DNA from: Candidatus Poribacteria bacterium
Lineage (GTDB): Bacteria; Poribacteria; WGA-4E; WGA-3G
Length of the DNA stretch: 64,000 nt
NCBI GenBank assembly: GCA_012271015.1
Contig: JAAXHD010000315.1
Location: forward strand, 26,762-90,761
Direction of reading: 5' to 3'
Shown here: positions 1 through 10,325 of the stretch, in pieces
Position numbering within the stretch: position 1 is the stretch's first letter
How the letters are laid out: each line of letters starts with the position of its first letter
Translations under genes and position numbers: made by a program
The notes under the pieces: model-generated
What the model was told of the DNA's origin: nothing
Seen by the model: only the letters and a program-made list of their open reading frames with translations
Database searches by the model: none

Positions 1-896
1 TCGGACCAATTCTCGCCATTATCGTCGCTTACCATTGCCCTGCCACTACCGAGTTCGCGGGGATAACGGTGGTCGTATGCCACAACAGCACTGTCATTGG
101 AAAGTCCAACTGCCGCACCGTGGCATTGTCCATGCACGCTGGTCAATTGACGGAGATTTGTCCATGTGCCGCCACCGTCTACCGAATCGGCGAGGAAAAC
201 AGTCTTGTTCGTGTGGGGTTGATCTGGCGGTCCCGGCTGATACCGAACAACTGCCAACAATCTTCCGGGGAATAGTTCTGCAATGTTGACTTCGTTGCCG
301 TAGTTCGATAAGAAGAAGCGGTTCGAGAAGGTGTGTCCATCATCGTCCGAAACGAAGACGTAAGTTGGGTTCGTCCCTTCGTAGAATGGATCGTCTCGTC
401 TTTTAATCGGTAGAAGGAGTGTGCCATCACTCAGTCGGGTTACACTTGAACCAGCGACGGTCTGCTTAAACGGCGTGACATCTATTTCGCTCGTTTGCTC
501 CCACGTTTGACCTTCATCATCAGACAGCCAAACAGTGATTGGTGATTCTTCACCCTGTTGACTCACATTGATTAATTGTCCGTGTCTATTGGCTTGCAAT
601 AACCACCCGTTGAAACCGAAGGCAGACGGATCTCTGTTGAGATGTTCCCAACGCTTGCCGCCATCCGTGGACTTGGAGATGATGGTCTGTTGCACCGCAT
701 AGATGGTGCTATCGGGAGCCAGAACGAAGTTCAATCCTTGGTAATGCGCCTGTGGGTCCAAAGGCATACGGGTTTTCTCTACTTCTACCTTATTCAGCAC
801 ACCGTCGCGGGCGTGTAGGATATAGTCACCCGCTTGCATCTCGCTTAATTGGCTTGGAGTGACGACAACGCCTCCCATGTTTTCGGTTGATAGCAT
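1..896 (-). CDS. BNR/Asp-box repeat protein (sialidase-like beta-propeller), C-terminus cut by window edge
   Basis: The frame stays open from ATG at 894-896 (AAGGAG about 8 nt upstream) to position 1, so it is missing from the ORF track. The translation carries five Asp-box motifs of S-x-D-x-G-x-T-W type (SKSTDGGKRW, LSDDEGQTW, VSDDDGHTF, DSVDGGGTW, VSDDNGENW). Confidence 0.7.
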   Translation of the reverse strand, partial: MLSTENMGGVVVTPSQLSEMQAGDYILHARDGVLNKVEVEKTRMPLDPQAHYQGLNFVLAPDSTIYAVQQTIISKSTDGGKRWEHLNRDPSAFGFNGWLLQANRHGQLINVSQQGEESPITVWLSDDEGQTWEQTSEIDVTPFKQTVAGSSVTRLSDGTLLLPIKRRDDPFYEGTNPTYVFVSDDDGHTFSNRFFLSNYGNEVNIAELFPGRLLAVVRYQPGPPDQPHTNKTVFLADSVDGGGTWTNLRQLTSVHGQCHGAAVGLSNDSAVVAYDHRYPRELGSGRAMVSDDNGENWS

Positions 897-1099
897 TTGC
901 AGAACTCCTTACTACAACGTGAATTCGATCAATAGTAATAGGCACACTCCGTGTGCCGTCACAGGGTTAAGTCACGTCAATATAGTAAATTTTTCTTGTC
1001 CAACGTGATGAATTATGACAAAATGTTGGTACACTCTACCCAACCAATTTACACTATCGTATCCTACAACGCAAGCCATATTTGAAGAAGGAAAAATGT

Positions 1100-1780
1100 A
1101 TGAATATATTTGATGCGATACGGAAACACTATAATGTATCAGGGGTCCACGCTACGACTGCCCCTGATAACCCAAGATCACAATTTGCCGTTGACAGATA
1201 CAAAAATCACCTACCTAAATTGATAAAGCCCGGCATGCGCGCATTAGATTTAGGATGCAATGCAGGGCGGTATACCTTTGCTATGGAAGAGATGGGAGCC
1301 ATAGCAACAGGTATTGACTTTGCAGAGATTCCACTCCGCCACGCAAAAGAGGTCGCACAGAAAAGAAAAAGCAGATGTCAATTCAATATCGGGAATATAG
1401 CAGCGCTACCTTACAAAGAGAATTCTTTCGACCTCGCGCTACTTCCGCAAAATAATGGTTACTTATCTTATCAGACGTTGGAGAGTTTAACAGTTCAGCT
1501 TAAAGAGATTCTATCGGATAACGGTATTTTCGTTGTCATTATGCACGATGAATTAGTCAAGAGAGCGGGTGAGGAAACCCTTTTAGAACGATATGATGTC
1601 CAGACGGGGCTGATGGAAGGACACATCACACTTCCCGGTAAAGGTGTTTACGCGGCACCATGGGTCTTTTGGACGGTTGCTTTTGCGAAGTACATTATCG
1701 AGAAGCACCTTGCTTTAGAAAAGGTAGAGCAAATAGAAGATAATAGATTTATGTTGGTGTTCTGTAATAAAAAGAAATGA
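1100..1780 (+). CDS. class I SAM-dependent methyltransferase
   Basis: SAM-binding motif I ALDLGCNAGRYT followed by acidic loop ATGIDF. The ORF-track start 1082 is TTG; ATG at 1100 follows AAGGA. Confidence 0.75.
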   Translation: MNIFDAIRKHYNVSGVHATTAPDNPRSQFAVDRYKNHLPKLIKPGMRALDLGCNAGRYTFAMEEMGAIATGIDFAEIPLRHAKEVAQKRKSRCQFNIGNIAALPYKENSFDLALLPQNNGYLSYQTLESLTVQLKEILSDNGIFVVIMHDELVKRAGEETLLERYDVQTGLMEGHITLPGKGVYAAPWVFWTVAFAKYIIEKHLALEKVEQIEDNRFMLVFCNKKK

Positions 1781-1783
1781 GGG

Positions 1784-2656
1784 TTAGCGCGCCTGACCAA
1801 TGTACAAGATGTGCGCTGCCATGTCCGCAATGGCGGGTTCTGATGCTGTTTCCAAGACCAACTCGACCCAACGTTTCCACTTTGCCGGGTCTTCTGCCAC
1901 CGTGTTGGTAGCTTCAGGTAATCCCGTTGAAAGTCCCTCACACCCCACCATTTCCAGTGTGATTAACCCACACGATTCAGCGAGCTGCTGAAGTTCAGAA
2001 GCCCGAAAAAAATGCCACAGACTGTCGCCAACAAGGTTATTCCCTTTTCCTTCCTGTATGAGTTCCGAGTACGCGGGTGTTATCAGTTCATAACTGAACC
2101 GACTGAGAACCGTCCGCAGCATTGCGAGATAACCCACAACGGCAATGCAGACGATCGCCCCAGGCTTGGCAACCCGAACCAATTCAGAGATTGCCTGTGT
2201 TCGTTCAGGTTCATCACTGATGTGCGTTAGCGGACCACCGAGACACAACACCGCATCAAAGTCATTCGTGTTAAAATCTGAGAGGTCTCGTATATCCCCA
2301 ACAACCGACGCAATTAATCGACTCGAAACAGATTTCGGTTCCAACTCGATTTTTTCTTCAGCAAAAGCCGTGTATGCTGGGTCAATATCCATAAGAACGA
2401 CATCATAGCCTGCCCGACAGAGTTCAAGTGCATAACGCCCTGGTCCGCCCCCTGCATCTAAAATCCTACCTGATTCAGGGAGGTATTGCCGAAGGTAATG
2501 CATTGTGACCAAAAACTCCAGCGAGTTATAAGCATCCTTTACAAGCCGATTCCATTCACCAGTTTCGACTTCATTTTTCCCTTTCATAAGTAAATCCTTA
2601 ATTTTTTCTGCTTGTTTGACATGATAGATTGTGGCAGAATAGCCGAGACGCTTCAT
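1784..2656 (-). CDS. class I SAM-dependent methyltransferase
   Basis: Motif I RILDAGGGPGRYALEL and motif II VVLMDIDP. The 60-aa N-terminal extension in the ORF track runs into the divergent gene, so the internal ATG at 2654-2656 (MKRLGYS...) is preferred. Confidence 0.75.
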   Translation of the reverse strand: MKRLGYSATIYHVKQAEKIKDLLMKGKNEVETGEWNRLVKDAYNSLEFLVTMHYLRQYLPESGRILDAGGGPGRYALELCRAGYDVVLMDIDPAYTAFAEEKIELEPKSVSSRLIASVVGDIRDLSDFNTNDFDAVLCLGGPLTHISDEPERTQAISELVRVAKPGAIVCIAVVGYLAMLRTVLSRFSYELITPAYSELIQEGKGNNLVGDSLWHFFRASELQQLAESCGLITLEMVGCEGLSTGLPEATNTVAEDPAKWKRWVELVLETASEPAIADMAAHILYIGQAR

Positions 2657-2709
2657 CTCAACACATCTACCATATTGATTGGTTATCCCAAAGCATAGGA
2701 GTTCTGTAA

Positions 2710-3462
2710 ATGCCACAACAAGACGCAATAGAACATCTCGAAACATTTGGTTACTGTCTGATTGAAGATGCGATTCCCGCCGCACAAGCGGATACGATGG
2801 CAGAGAAGTACTTCCAATTTCATCGCGATCCAGCAAATCGCGCTGCCTTCCAGGACCCGAACGATGACTTGTATCAAACCCTTTTCGGTGTGGTTAACCT
2901 CGATGAGATGTGTTGGGAGTGCATCGCACACCCGCAAGTCCTACAGGTCGTCCGCCATTTTCTCGGCGATAACGTACGATTGGGTGAAGCGTGTACGAAA
3001 TGGGTCAAGCCGCGTGCGCCACAGGGCGGTATCCATTCCGATTCGACACACGACTTGCCAGCGCGTCTACCTGAAACGCCGTGGATGATTAATTCGATCT
3101 GGATGATAACGGACTTTACCCTTGAGAACGGTGCGACGCTCATTGTGCCATTCAGTCATCGCGCCCGGCGGAGACCTTCGGCATCCGATATTGCAGAGAG
3201 TCATCCAGTGTCCGTTTGTGGACGACGGGGTTCCGTGTTATTATGGCACGGTGGGGCGTGGCACGGGCAAGGCGAGAACACAACCGACGACCAGCACCGT
3301 ATGGCGTTGAATATCGCCTACTATCCACCTTGGTGGAATCTTATGCGTGAGGGCGGTCATCAACCCGTTCTTCCTGAAACGTTTGAGCGAATGCCGGAGG
3401 AACTCCAAGCACTTGTGCGACACAAGGTAGCGAAACGACGTGCAGACATCTATGAGTTTTGA
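2710..3462 (+). CDS. phytanoyl-CoA dioxygenase (PhyH) family Fe(II)/2OG oxygenase
   Basis: N-terminal LETFGYCLIEDAI. H-x-D ligand block GGIHSDSTHD. Distal His block LLWHGGAWHGQGEN. Confidence 0.75.
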   Translation: MPQQDAIEHLETFGYCLIEDAIPAAQADTMAEKYFQFHRDPANRAAFQDPNDDLYQTLFGVVNLDEMCWECIAHPQVLQVVRHFLGDNVRLGEACTKWVKPRAPQGGIHSDSTHDLPARLPETPWMINSIWMITDFTLENGATLIVPFSHRARRRPSASDIAESHPVSVCGRRGSVLLWHGGAWHGQGENTTDDQHRMALNIAYYPPWWNLMREGGHQPVLPETFERMPEELQALVRHKVAKRRADIYEF

Positions 3463-3475
3463 GCTGGGTTGTGCT

Positions 3476-4729
3476 TCATTTCACCCGTTGTCCGGCTTGG
3501 AACACCGCAGTCACCCGACTAAACGCATTTACATCGTTTGTCGGATCAGTCTCAAAGGCGACGAGATCAGCGATTTTGCCCGGTGCGATAGTCCCAATCT
3601 CGTCTGTCATTCCTATCGCCTCGGCAGAAATACGGGTCGCTGAGATGAGTGCCTCTGCCGGTGTAAATCCGACTTGGACAAGCAGTTGTAAATCGTAGTC
3701 GAGATGACCGAAAGCGAGATGACCAACACCTGAATCGGTGCCGGGGACAATTCGGTCACGAAGGTCGTAGTCAAGCATACGTCGCATCACATCAAGGCGT
3801 CCTTCTGCGCGCGTTTCAAGTCGTTGCAATTCGGTTAATTCGTCAAGGGAAATGGTATCGGTGTCACGTTTCGCACGGAGATCAACAATGCGAGGATAAC
3901 CTGTCCATGCTTGAAGGGTTGGGCTAATCCAGATGCCGGATTCCGCCATCATCTCGGCAATTTTAGGATCAAACCGGAGTTCGCCATCTGGGTCGAGGAA
4001 TTCCGCATGCTCCATCAGATCTATGCCTGCCTCAACCGCTCGCACCATCGATTCTTTTGCCCGACAATGCGCCACCGTGAGCCGATGGAAATGGTGTGCC
4101 TCGTGAACGGCGGCATGCAACTCAGCAACTGAGTAGCTGGCGCGTCCGGGAATCGTTCCGGCGGTTCCCCCACCCGATGCCATAATCTTGATGTAATCTG
4201 CGCCTTCGTGAACCAAGCGACGAACTGAGCGTCGCATCTCTGCTTCACCATCTGCAGTCTCGTTACACATGTGGAAATGTCCGCCTGTGCAAGTGATCGG
4301 TCGTCCGCTCACCAAAGTACGGGGACCGGGAATATAACCGCGTTCAAGCCCTTCCTTGAGTGTAAATCCTACCTTGTTCCTCGCACCGTGTTCGCGAAGG
4401 GTCGTAATCCCTGCGGCGAGATGGCGTTGCAGATTCATTACACCGGTCAGCACCATCATCTCATCAGTTTCCGAGAACATTTGAACGTAGTTCCGACCAT
4501 CACCTGCGAGGCTCAGATGTGTATGACCATCAATGAGTCCCGGCGTGATGTACGCGTCCCCAAGGTCGATAACTTCCGCATCAGGTGGTGTCTGTTCCGC
4601 AATATCTTCGTGATGTCCAACGGCATCAATCCGGCCGTCAGTCACAAGAATCGCTTGGTCGTTTTTAGCGTATGTACTTATCCCATCAACGAGCCGGGCG
4701 GCTCGGATTTGAACAGTGTGATTTGGCAT
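3476..4729 (-). CDS. amidohydrolase-superfamily metal-dependent hydrolase
   Basis: H-x-H metal site in ITPGLIDGHTHLSL, later His/Asp blocks (VAHCRAKE, VPGTDSGV). Length of 417 aa is typical of the family. Confidence 0.75.
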   Translation of the reverse strand: MPNHTVQIRAARLVDGISTYAKNDQAILVTDGRIDAVGHHEDIAEQTPPDAEVIDLGDAYITPGLIDGHTHLSLAGDGRNYVQMFSETDEMMVLTGVMNLQRHLAAGITTLREHGARNKVGFTLKEGLERGYIPGPRTLVSGRPITCTGGHFHMCNETADGEAEMRRSVRRLVHEGADYIKIMASGGGTAGTIPGRASYSVAELHAAVHEAHHFHRLTVAHCRAKESMVRAVEAGIDLMEHAEFLDPDGELRFDPKIAEMMAESGIWISPTLQAWTGYPRIVDLRAKRDTDTISLDELTELQRLETRAEGRLDVMRRMLDYDLRDRIVPGTDSGVGHLAFGHLDYDLQLLVQVGFTPAEALISATRISAEAIGMTDEIGTIAPGKIADLVAFETDPTNDVNAFSRVTAVFQAGQRVK

Positions 4730-4761
4730 GAATCCTATCCCTTATAAATGTTTTGCTGATT

Positions 4762-5604
4762 TTAGACTTTCACAACAAATTCACATCCCTGTCGGAACCA
4801 TTCCCGTAGGATAGTGTCCTCATTGCAGGTCCGTTTCGCCTGCGAACCTGTTGCCCGCGAGAGATCTATTGTTGCCAAAACGATGTCATCTCCGAAAAAT
4901 CCTGCCTCTTTGATGACATTACCATCTGGATGCACGATCTTCGAATTGCCATGCGACGATCCGGGTGAGCGGATGTCATCGGGGTTTGCAGGTGTATTCG
5001 CCATCAGGAGATAGATACCGTTTTCCGTCGCCCGTGAGATCGGCATTGCGCGGTAAGCAGAGAGTTTATATTCCGATAGCAACCCCGCCTCACAAGAGCA
5101 GAAGATACAGAGTTGTGCTCCCATCGCCGCGGGTAACTTAACTAATTCTGGATAACGTACATCGTGACAGATGATAAAGCAACACGCAACACCAGCGAGT
5201 TCCACAATCGGTAGCGGACCGCGGTTGTTCGTGCACCACTTCTCCCCTGCGAGAAAGGTTTTGCCGTAACGGTATTTGAGGGTCCCTTGCTGATCGAAAA
5301 CCGCAAGGTCGTTGTGCCAATTCTCTCCATCGTGATGCGCGGATCCGACAATAACGGCTATTCCGTGCCGACGTGCGGCTTCGGCGATTTTTGCCTCTGC
5401 CTCTTTAAAAACCTGTGGCGAGATATGTTCCCAATAATCTGTCCGACAGCAGTAACCGAACAGACATCCCTCGGGGAACGCCGCAATCTGGATCTCCATC
5501 TCTGCACACGTTTCGATCTGCTGAAGCACTTTTGAGGTATTGGCGGAAACGTCTTCGCCCGTGAGCAGTTGACATGCCGCGATTTTAACGTGATCGTTAG
5601 CCAT
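4762..5604 (-). CDS. carbon-nitrogen hydrolase (nitrilase superfamily)
   Basis: Glu-Lys-Cys triad contexts IAAFPEG, YRYGKTFL, CCFIICHDVRYPE. Start moved to ATG 5602-5604 behind GGGAGG. Sits 32 nt upstream of the amidohydrolase gene on the same strand. Confidence 0.75.
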   Translation of the reverse strand: MANDHVKIAACQLLTGEDVSANTSKVLQQIETCAEMEIQIAAFPEGCLFGYCCRTDYWEHISPQVFKEAEAKIAEAARRHGIAVIVGSAHHDGENWHNDLAVFDQQGTLKYRYGKTFLAGEKWCTNNRGPLPIVELAGVACCFIICHDVRYPELVKLPAAMGAQLCIFCSCEAGLLSEYKLSAYRAMPISRATENGIYLLMANTPANPDDIRSPGSSHGNSKIVHPDGNVIKEAGFFGDDIVLATIDLSRATGSQAKRTCNEDTILREWFRQGCEFVVKV

Positions 5605-5760
5605 CTGAATGCCTCCCTTCTGTTTCTGCCATTTTAACATATCTATTTGTTTGATTCAAGTATGGCTGATGTTTAAAAATACGAAAACCAATTGACAGGT
5701 GCCAAGCAATTTGGTATAAGGATTAGGAATCCAGTACAAAGTCCGCGTAGGAGAGACATC

Positions 5761-6921
5761 ATGAAAATTACCGACATCAAACCGTACCCTGTTTGGGTGG
5801 GACACAGAAATCAACACATCGTCAAAGTGGAGACCGATGAAGGCATCTATGGTTGGGGCGAATCCGGACTTTCGAGTCGAGAATTGGCTGTCGCGGGAGC
5901 GGTTAAACACTATCGTGAATTCCTGATTGGACGCGATCCAATGCGGATCGGTGGATTGTGGCAGGAGATGTACCGGAGCCAGTATTTTGAGGGCGGTCGG
6001 GCATTGACCGGAGCGATCTCAGCGATCGACATTGCACTCCATGATATTGTCGGGAAGGCGTTGAACGTGCCGGTTTATCAACTGCTCGGTGGCAAGCAAC
6101 GCGACGCTGTTCCGTGCTTCGCAACGACGGGCGCAGCTACAGTTGAGGAATTAATTGCGAACGCGAATTTATTGCTTGAGAACGGGTGGAACGTCATCCG
6201 AACAAACGTGTTGCATCGTGCGAAGCCGGGTGAGGAGAACATTTTTGAGCCACGCGAGTCCATCAGCCTCGCGGCAGAGTGGTTGACGGCACTTCGAGAA
6301 GCCATCGGATCTGAACCTGTCCTCGGCATCGACTATCATCACCGGCTCAGCGTTGCGGAAGCGGCATCTTTTTGCCAACGTATGCCTTCTGGCACACTTG
6401 ACTTTTTGGAAGAACCGATCCGAGATGAGACCCCGGAGGCGTATGAATCCCTGCGGACGATGGTCGATGTCCCGTTCGCCATTGGCGAGGAATTTTCCAG
6501 TAAGTGGCAATTTCTCCCCTATCTGGAGCGCGGTATCACAAATTTTGCCCGACTTGACGTGTGCAATGTCGGTGGATTAACGGAATCGATGAAGGTTGCG
6601 AGCTTGGCTGAGACGCATTACATCGATCTGATGCCTCACAACCCATTGGGTCCCATCTGCACGGCGGCGACGGTTCATCTGGCGGCGGCTGTTCCCAATT
6701 TCGCTTGGTTAGAAATCCGAGTCTCCCCAACAGAAGCATCTGGGCATTATGATGAAGATCTGTTTCCCGTGCAACACCAGCTCGAAGGTGCGGTTATACC
6801 GGTACCGGACGGTCCCGGCTTGGGTGTTGAAGTTGATGAAGAGCTCGTAACGTCACAGACGTTCAAATTTGCGGAACCACCACATCTTCGCCGACGGGAT
6901 GGCTCACATACCAACTGGTAA
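5761..6921 (+). CDS. enolase-superfamily enzyme (mandelate racemase/muconate lactonizing family, sugar-acid dehydratase-like)
   Basis: MKITDIKPYPVW start, GWGE capping-domain block, acidic metal ligands in GIDYHH, LDFLEEP, AIGEE. Start moved to ATG 5761 behind AGGAGA. Confidence 0.8.
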   Translation: MKITDIKPYPVWVGHRNQHIVKVETDEGIYGWGESGLSSRELAVAGAVKHYREFLIGRDPMRIGGLWQEMYRSQYFEGGRALTGAISAIDIALHDIVGKALNVPVYQLLGGKQRDAVPCFATTGAATVEELIANANLLLENGWNVIRTNVLHRAKPGEENIFEPRESISLAAEWLTALREAIGSEPVLGIDYHHRLSVAEAASFCQRMPSGTLDFLEEPIRDETPEAYESLRTMVDVPFAIGEEFSSKWQFLPYLERGITNFARLDVCNVGGLTESMKVASLAETHYIDLMPHNPLGPICTAATVHLAAAVPNFAWLEIRVSPTEASGHYDEDLFPVQHQLEGAVIPVPDGPGLGVEVDEELVTSQTFKFAEPPHLRRRDGSHTNW

Positions 6922-7100
6922 ATATCAGCAGGCAAGTCGATTCACTCTTTTTGAAAAAATTCGGTTTAGAGCATTGGTTGGGTACGCTATTTTAGCATTT
7001 ATTGCGACTCTTCTTTTATTATTCACCTTTGGCGGTACTACATTCTGAAAACCGACTGGTAGGTGCCATACCTCATCGAATCTGATAACAGTAAAGATAA

Positions 7101-7934
7101 TCAATAATTTTTGATAAACAACTCTCTGCCTTTCGCAGCATTCCGTTGGCGATAATTGTTCATACCGTATTGCAATGTCCATTCCTGAATCTCAGCAAAA
7201 CTGAATAGATCCCTGATAACAGGCGAGTCGTCGTAAGTAATCAACCACTTGTGAGGACATTTCCGCATATTTTCAGCAAATTGCCAGTGGTCAAATGCGA
7301 CATGCAATTCACCTCGCACACCGTACAATCTCGATTCAGTTGCTTTCCAATAGGGTGGATCCAAAAAAATGAACACATCTTCACCGTCGTCGAAAAGTGG
7401 GTCAGTGTAATCTCGATTGGTTATTTTGATTTCGGAGAGGTGCGGGACGATATTCTTCACACGTTCAATAGAGGAGGATGTAAAACGTTTCTCATACGCG
7501 GATCGTGAATATCCACCAGAATCCACGACACCGGAAAAGGTAATACGATTCAATATAAAGAAACGGACTGCACGCTGGAACTCACAGAGCAGGTCTCGGT
7601 TCTGGTTTAGTTTATCTTTTGATTTTGTTAGTGCCTCAAATAGGGCGAGGCCGTCTGTAGTTGTTGTGTGCGTCTCTATGAGTGTTTCGACCAAGTCCGG
7701 GGCATTGTCTCTTACCTGTTTCCAGAAACAGTAGAGATCATAATTAAGATCGTTAATCCAATAGGACTGGATACGGTTCTGAAAGAGGCTTCGGATGGCA
7801 AAGAAGACAGAACCGCCACCGACGAAGGGCTCCCGAAATTCAGTCATATTCACCGGAATCCGCGGCAAAATCTGTTTTAGGGCTCTGGATTTACCCCCTG
7901 GATATCGGAGTGGACTTTTTGCTAATTTAGCCAT
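7101..7934 (-). CDS. D12-class (Dam-like) N6-adenine DNA methyltransferase
   Basis: PLRYPGGKSRAL N-terminus, SAM motif FVGGGSVFF, catalytic DPPY in FIFLDPPYW. Overlaps the upstream ORF by 8 nt. The region is visibly AT-richer than its flanks. Confidence 0.85.
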   Translation of the reverse strand: MAKLAKSPLRYPGGKSRALKQILPRIPVNMTEFREPFVGGGSVFFAIRSLFQNRIQSYWINDLNYDLYCFWKQVRDNAPDLVETLIETHTTTTDGLALFEALTKSKDKLNQNRDLLCEFQRAVRFFILNRITFSGVVDSGGYSRSAYEKRFTSSSIERVKNIVPHLSEIKITNRDYTDPLFDDGEDVFIFLDPPYWKATESRLYGVRGELHVAFDHWQFAENMRKCPHKWLITYDDSPVIRDLFSFAEIQEWTLQYGMNNYRQRNAAKGRELFIKNY

Positions 7935-9207
7935 GACGACCTGTTATCCATACCTGCAGTTTACTGTTTTGACTCGCTTCTTGATCGAGCAACACAATTC
8001 TTTTCTGGTGTGTTTGTGTCAGGCGATTTTCCGCGCAGAAGTTAAATATATTTTCTGACGTAGATGGTAAGAAAAGGCTGCCAATAAGATCACCTGTGAG
8101 TTTTAATCGGGTGATACATTGGATGTTTGTTCTCTGATCAATCGCTACTTCTTCCATATTCGCAAAAAGAATTAACTTGAATAAACCATCCTTGATGTCA
8201 TCTTCAGATGGTAGTTTTCCTGTGCTACTGTTTTTGGACTCTTGTACAACTAACTGACCACCTTCCCAATAAACTTCATCGGCAGTCAGATAGTACTGTC
8301 CACCAAGATAGTTTGAAATTTGGAAAACGCCTTTTGTATTTTCCTCAAGGGATTCTAAGATATGTGTTGTTACAGATTCTCTATGGGCAGCTTCAAATGA
8401 GCGTGGGAGGCTTGCTTCTTTGAAGGATCCTAAATTGAAACAACCGTCCGCTTTAAATTTTTCAAGCGTCTGGATATGGTTTTTTGGACTGTGAATGGCA
8501 ACGTTTTCTTTTTGAGATATTTTCTTATATCCATCAACTGCATTCAGATAAATTGACTCGAAGTCTTTCTCGAAGTGGGTCGTATTCCAGTGTAGGGCAC
8601 TCATCTGATACCGACTTATCTCAAACAATTTTTCACGCACGTTCTCAACGTTCAGAATCTGATTGGTAATTCGGTCAGTTGTACCTGCTTTTCTCTCTGC
8701 ATCCTCATACCATGTCAAAATGATATAGATGTTTAGGAGATTCATCCATGAAAATGTGATGAAGTTAATTCGATCATTGTTCTGTGTACCTGCTCCCTCA
8801 TCCTTAATGATTGGGATAACCGTAACTTTTTTCGTATTAAGATGATATGTGTTATAAATCCGTGCAAAAGGATACGAGCGCGTTCGTTTCGGCGAAACCC
8901 ATTTTAAAAAAGCGAGATTATTACCTGATGTTCCCAAGTCAATTAGTCTATAAGACTGTGCTTGATTTACATCAAATTGCGTTATATTGTACACATTGAG
9001 TGTTTCCGGGCTGAAACAAGGAGCGTATCTTACGTCCCTAACGAAACCTTTTAGAGAAAACGTCGCCACTATTAAATGCCTCCACTCGAAAAACTTATGG
9101 ACCCACTTCACGACATCCTTACGACTCATTAAAGTATAGCACGACCTACTTTCACTTTCAAGATGCCACTCGAAAATCTGAAAAAATCTCTTGACTTCTC
9201 GACTCAT
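7927..9207 (-). CDS. putative type II restriction endonuclease (PD-(D/E)XK-like), partner of the adjacent methyltransferase
   Basis: 426-aa ORF translationally coupled to the MTase. Candidate nuclease motif is D310 (LTADEV) followed 12 residues later by E323-S-K325 (VVQESK, nt 8233-8241). I recognised no other family signature. Confidence 0.45.
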   Translation of the reverse strand: MSREVKRFFQIFEWHLESESRSCYTLMSRKDVVKWVHKFFEWRHLIVATFSLKGFVRDVRYAPCFSPETLNVYNITQFDVNQAQSYRLIDLGTSGNNLAFLKWVSPKRTRSYPFARIYNTYHLNTKKVTVIPIIKDEGAGTQNNDRINFITFSWMNLLNIYIILTWYEDAERKAGTTDRITNQILNVENVREKLFEISRYQMSALHWNTTHFEKDFESIYLNAVDGYKKISQKENVAIHSPKNHIQTLEKFKADGCFNLGSFKEASLPRSFEAAHRESVTTHILESLEENTKGVFQISNYLGGQYYLTADEVYWEGGQLVVQESKNSSTGKLPSEDDIKDGLFKLILFANMEEVAIDQRTNIQCITRLKLTGDLIGSLFLPSTSENIFNFCAENRLTQTHQKRIVLLDQEASQNSKLQVWITGRHG

Positions 9208-9326
9208 AAGGGCTAAAATGTCCCTTAGGTATTTTTTTTACAAAATTCAGCCTTTTCAACCTTTTAACGTGAGTCGGAAATAGGAAAAACCGTCTGAAAC
9301 GGACAACACTAAGGCATGTCAAACCG

Positions 9327-10256
9327 ATGAAAACGCAATCAATCAGGTATGGAAAGAACGGTGGGGTCGAGATTATTGATATTGATGTATCCGATCCGCA
9401 AGCGGGTGAAGTGCAGGTTCAGAGTTCCGCATGTGGGATCTGTGCGTGGGACTTAGCAACCTTTCGTGACGGTGGTACAGCACCGCCCGGTCACGAAGGT
9501 GTTGGCTATGTCACAAAAGTTGGGCGCGGTGTCCGGGATTTTGAGGAAGGGATGCGTGTTACAGGCGCAGGGTTGGGATTCGACGGTATTAAGAATTGCA
9601 CAACCGACCGTATGTATGTACTCCCAGAATCAGACCTCGCCGACGAATATTGGATTGTTGAGCCAGTTTCATGTGTCGTAACGGGGCTGGACACTGCACC
9701 TTTGCTACCCGCTGACAACGTTGCAGTCATCGGGTGCGGTTTTATGGGGCTTATGTTCGTCCAGGCACTGAGCCAATTCTACACGCATGACCTTATCGCT
9801 ATTGATATCGTCGAAGATCGGTTGAACTTGGCGAAATCGCTTGGTGCGCAATTCGCGTATAATCCTAAAGAAGTTGATACTTCCGAACTGGTATCAGAAC
9901 TGAAGGCACGCCCAATTGACGTAATATTCGACTGTTCTGGCAAACCGCAAGGGTTAAATCTCGCGACGAAGATTGTTCGCAGAGGCGGACATATTAACCT
10001 CTTCGGTTGGATCCGAGAGGAAGTGACAATCAACGGTTCTGAGTGGCATGGCGGCGGGTTTAACTTGGTGAGTTCGTCACCGGGCGCAAAGATACGGGAT
10101 ACATTTCCACCAGCGATTCGGCTCCTCGAGCGTGGTCACATTGACCTAAGACCGCTTGTAACACACATCGTCCCACTGCAGGATTATCCGGCACTCCTCG
10201 AAGAAGCAACGGGTGGAGACGGAAGCTACATCAAAGGCATCGTGAAAGCGATGTAA
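9327..10256 (+). CDS. zinc-type medium-chain alcohol dehydrogenase/reductase
   Basis: CGICAWD and GHEGVGYVTKVG zinc-ligand blocks. Rossmann motif VAVIGCGFMGL. Confidence 0.8.
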   Translation: MKTQSIRYGKNGGVEIIDIDVSDPQAGEVQVQSSACGICAWDLATFRDGGTAPPGHEGVGYVTKVGRGVRDFEEGMRVTGAGLGFDGIKNCTTDRMYVLPESDLADEYWIVEPVSCVVTGLDTAPLLPADNVAVIGCGFMGLMFVQALSQFYTHDLIAIDIVEDRLNLAKSLGAQFAYNPKEVDTSELVSELKARPIDVIFDCSGKPQGLNLATKIVRRGGHINLFGWIREEVTINGSEWHGGGFNLVSSSPGAKIRDTFPPAIRLLERGHIDLRPLVTHIVPLQDYPALLEEATGGDGSYIKGIVKAM

Positions 10257-10270
10257 TGGAGTCCAGTATG

Positions 10271-10305
10271 AAGTTGGGTTTCAACTTCGTTTCAACCCAA
10301 CCTAC
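10271..10305. repeat. partial copy of the GTTGGGT repeat family plus small hairpin between convergent genes
   Basis: AAGTTG-ggttt-CAACTT hairpin (10271-10287) followed by CAACCCAACCTAC (10293-10305). This matches the right end of the element at 18046-18277. Confidence 0.5.
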
Positions 10306-10325
10306 AAGCTGCTGATTGCCATTTG

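Noticed and set aside
941-957. Palindrome GGCACAC-tcc-GTGTGCC in the first divergent intergenic region as an operator
   Set aside because: It is a single short 7-bp palindrome with no second copy and no adjacent regulator gene. That is too weak to call.
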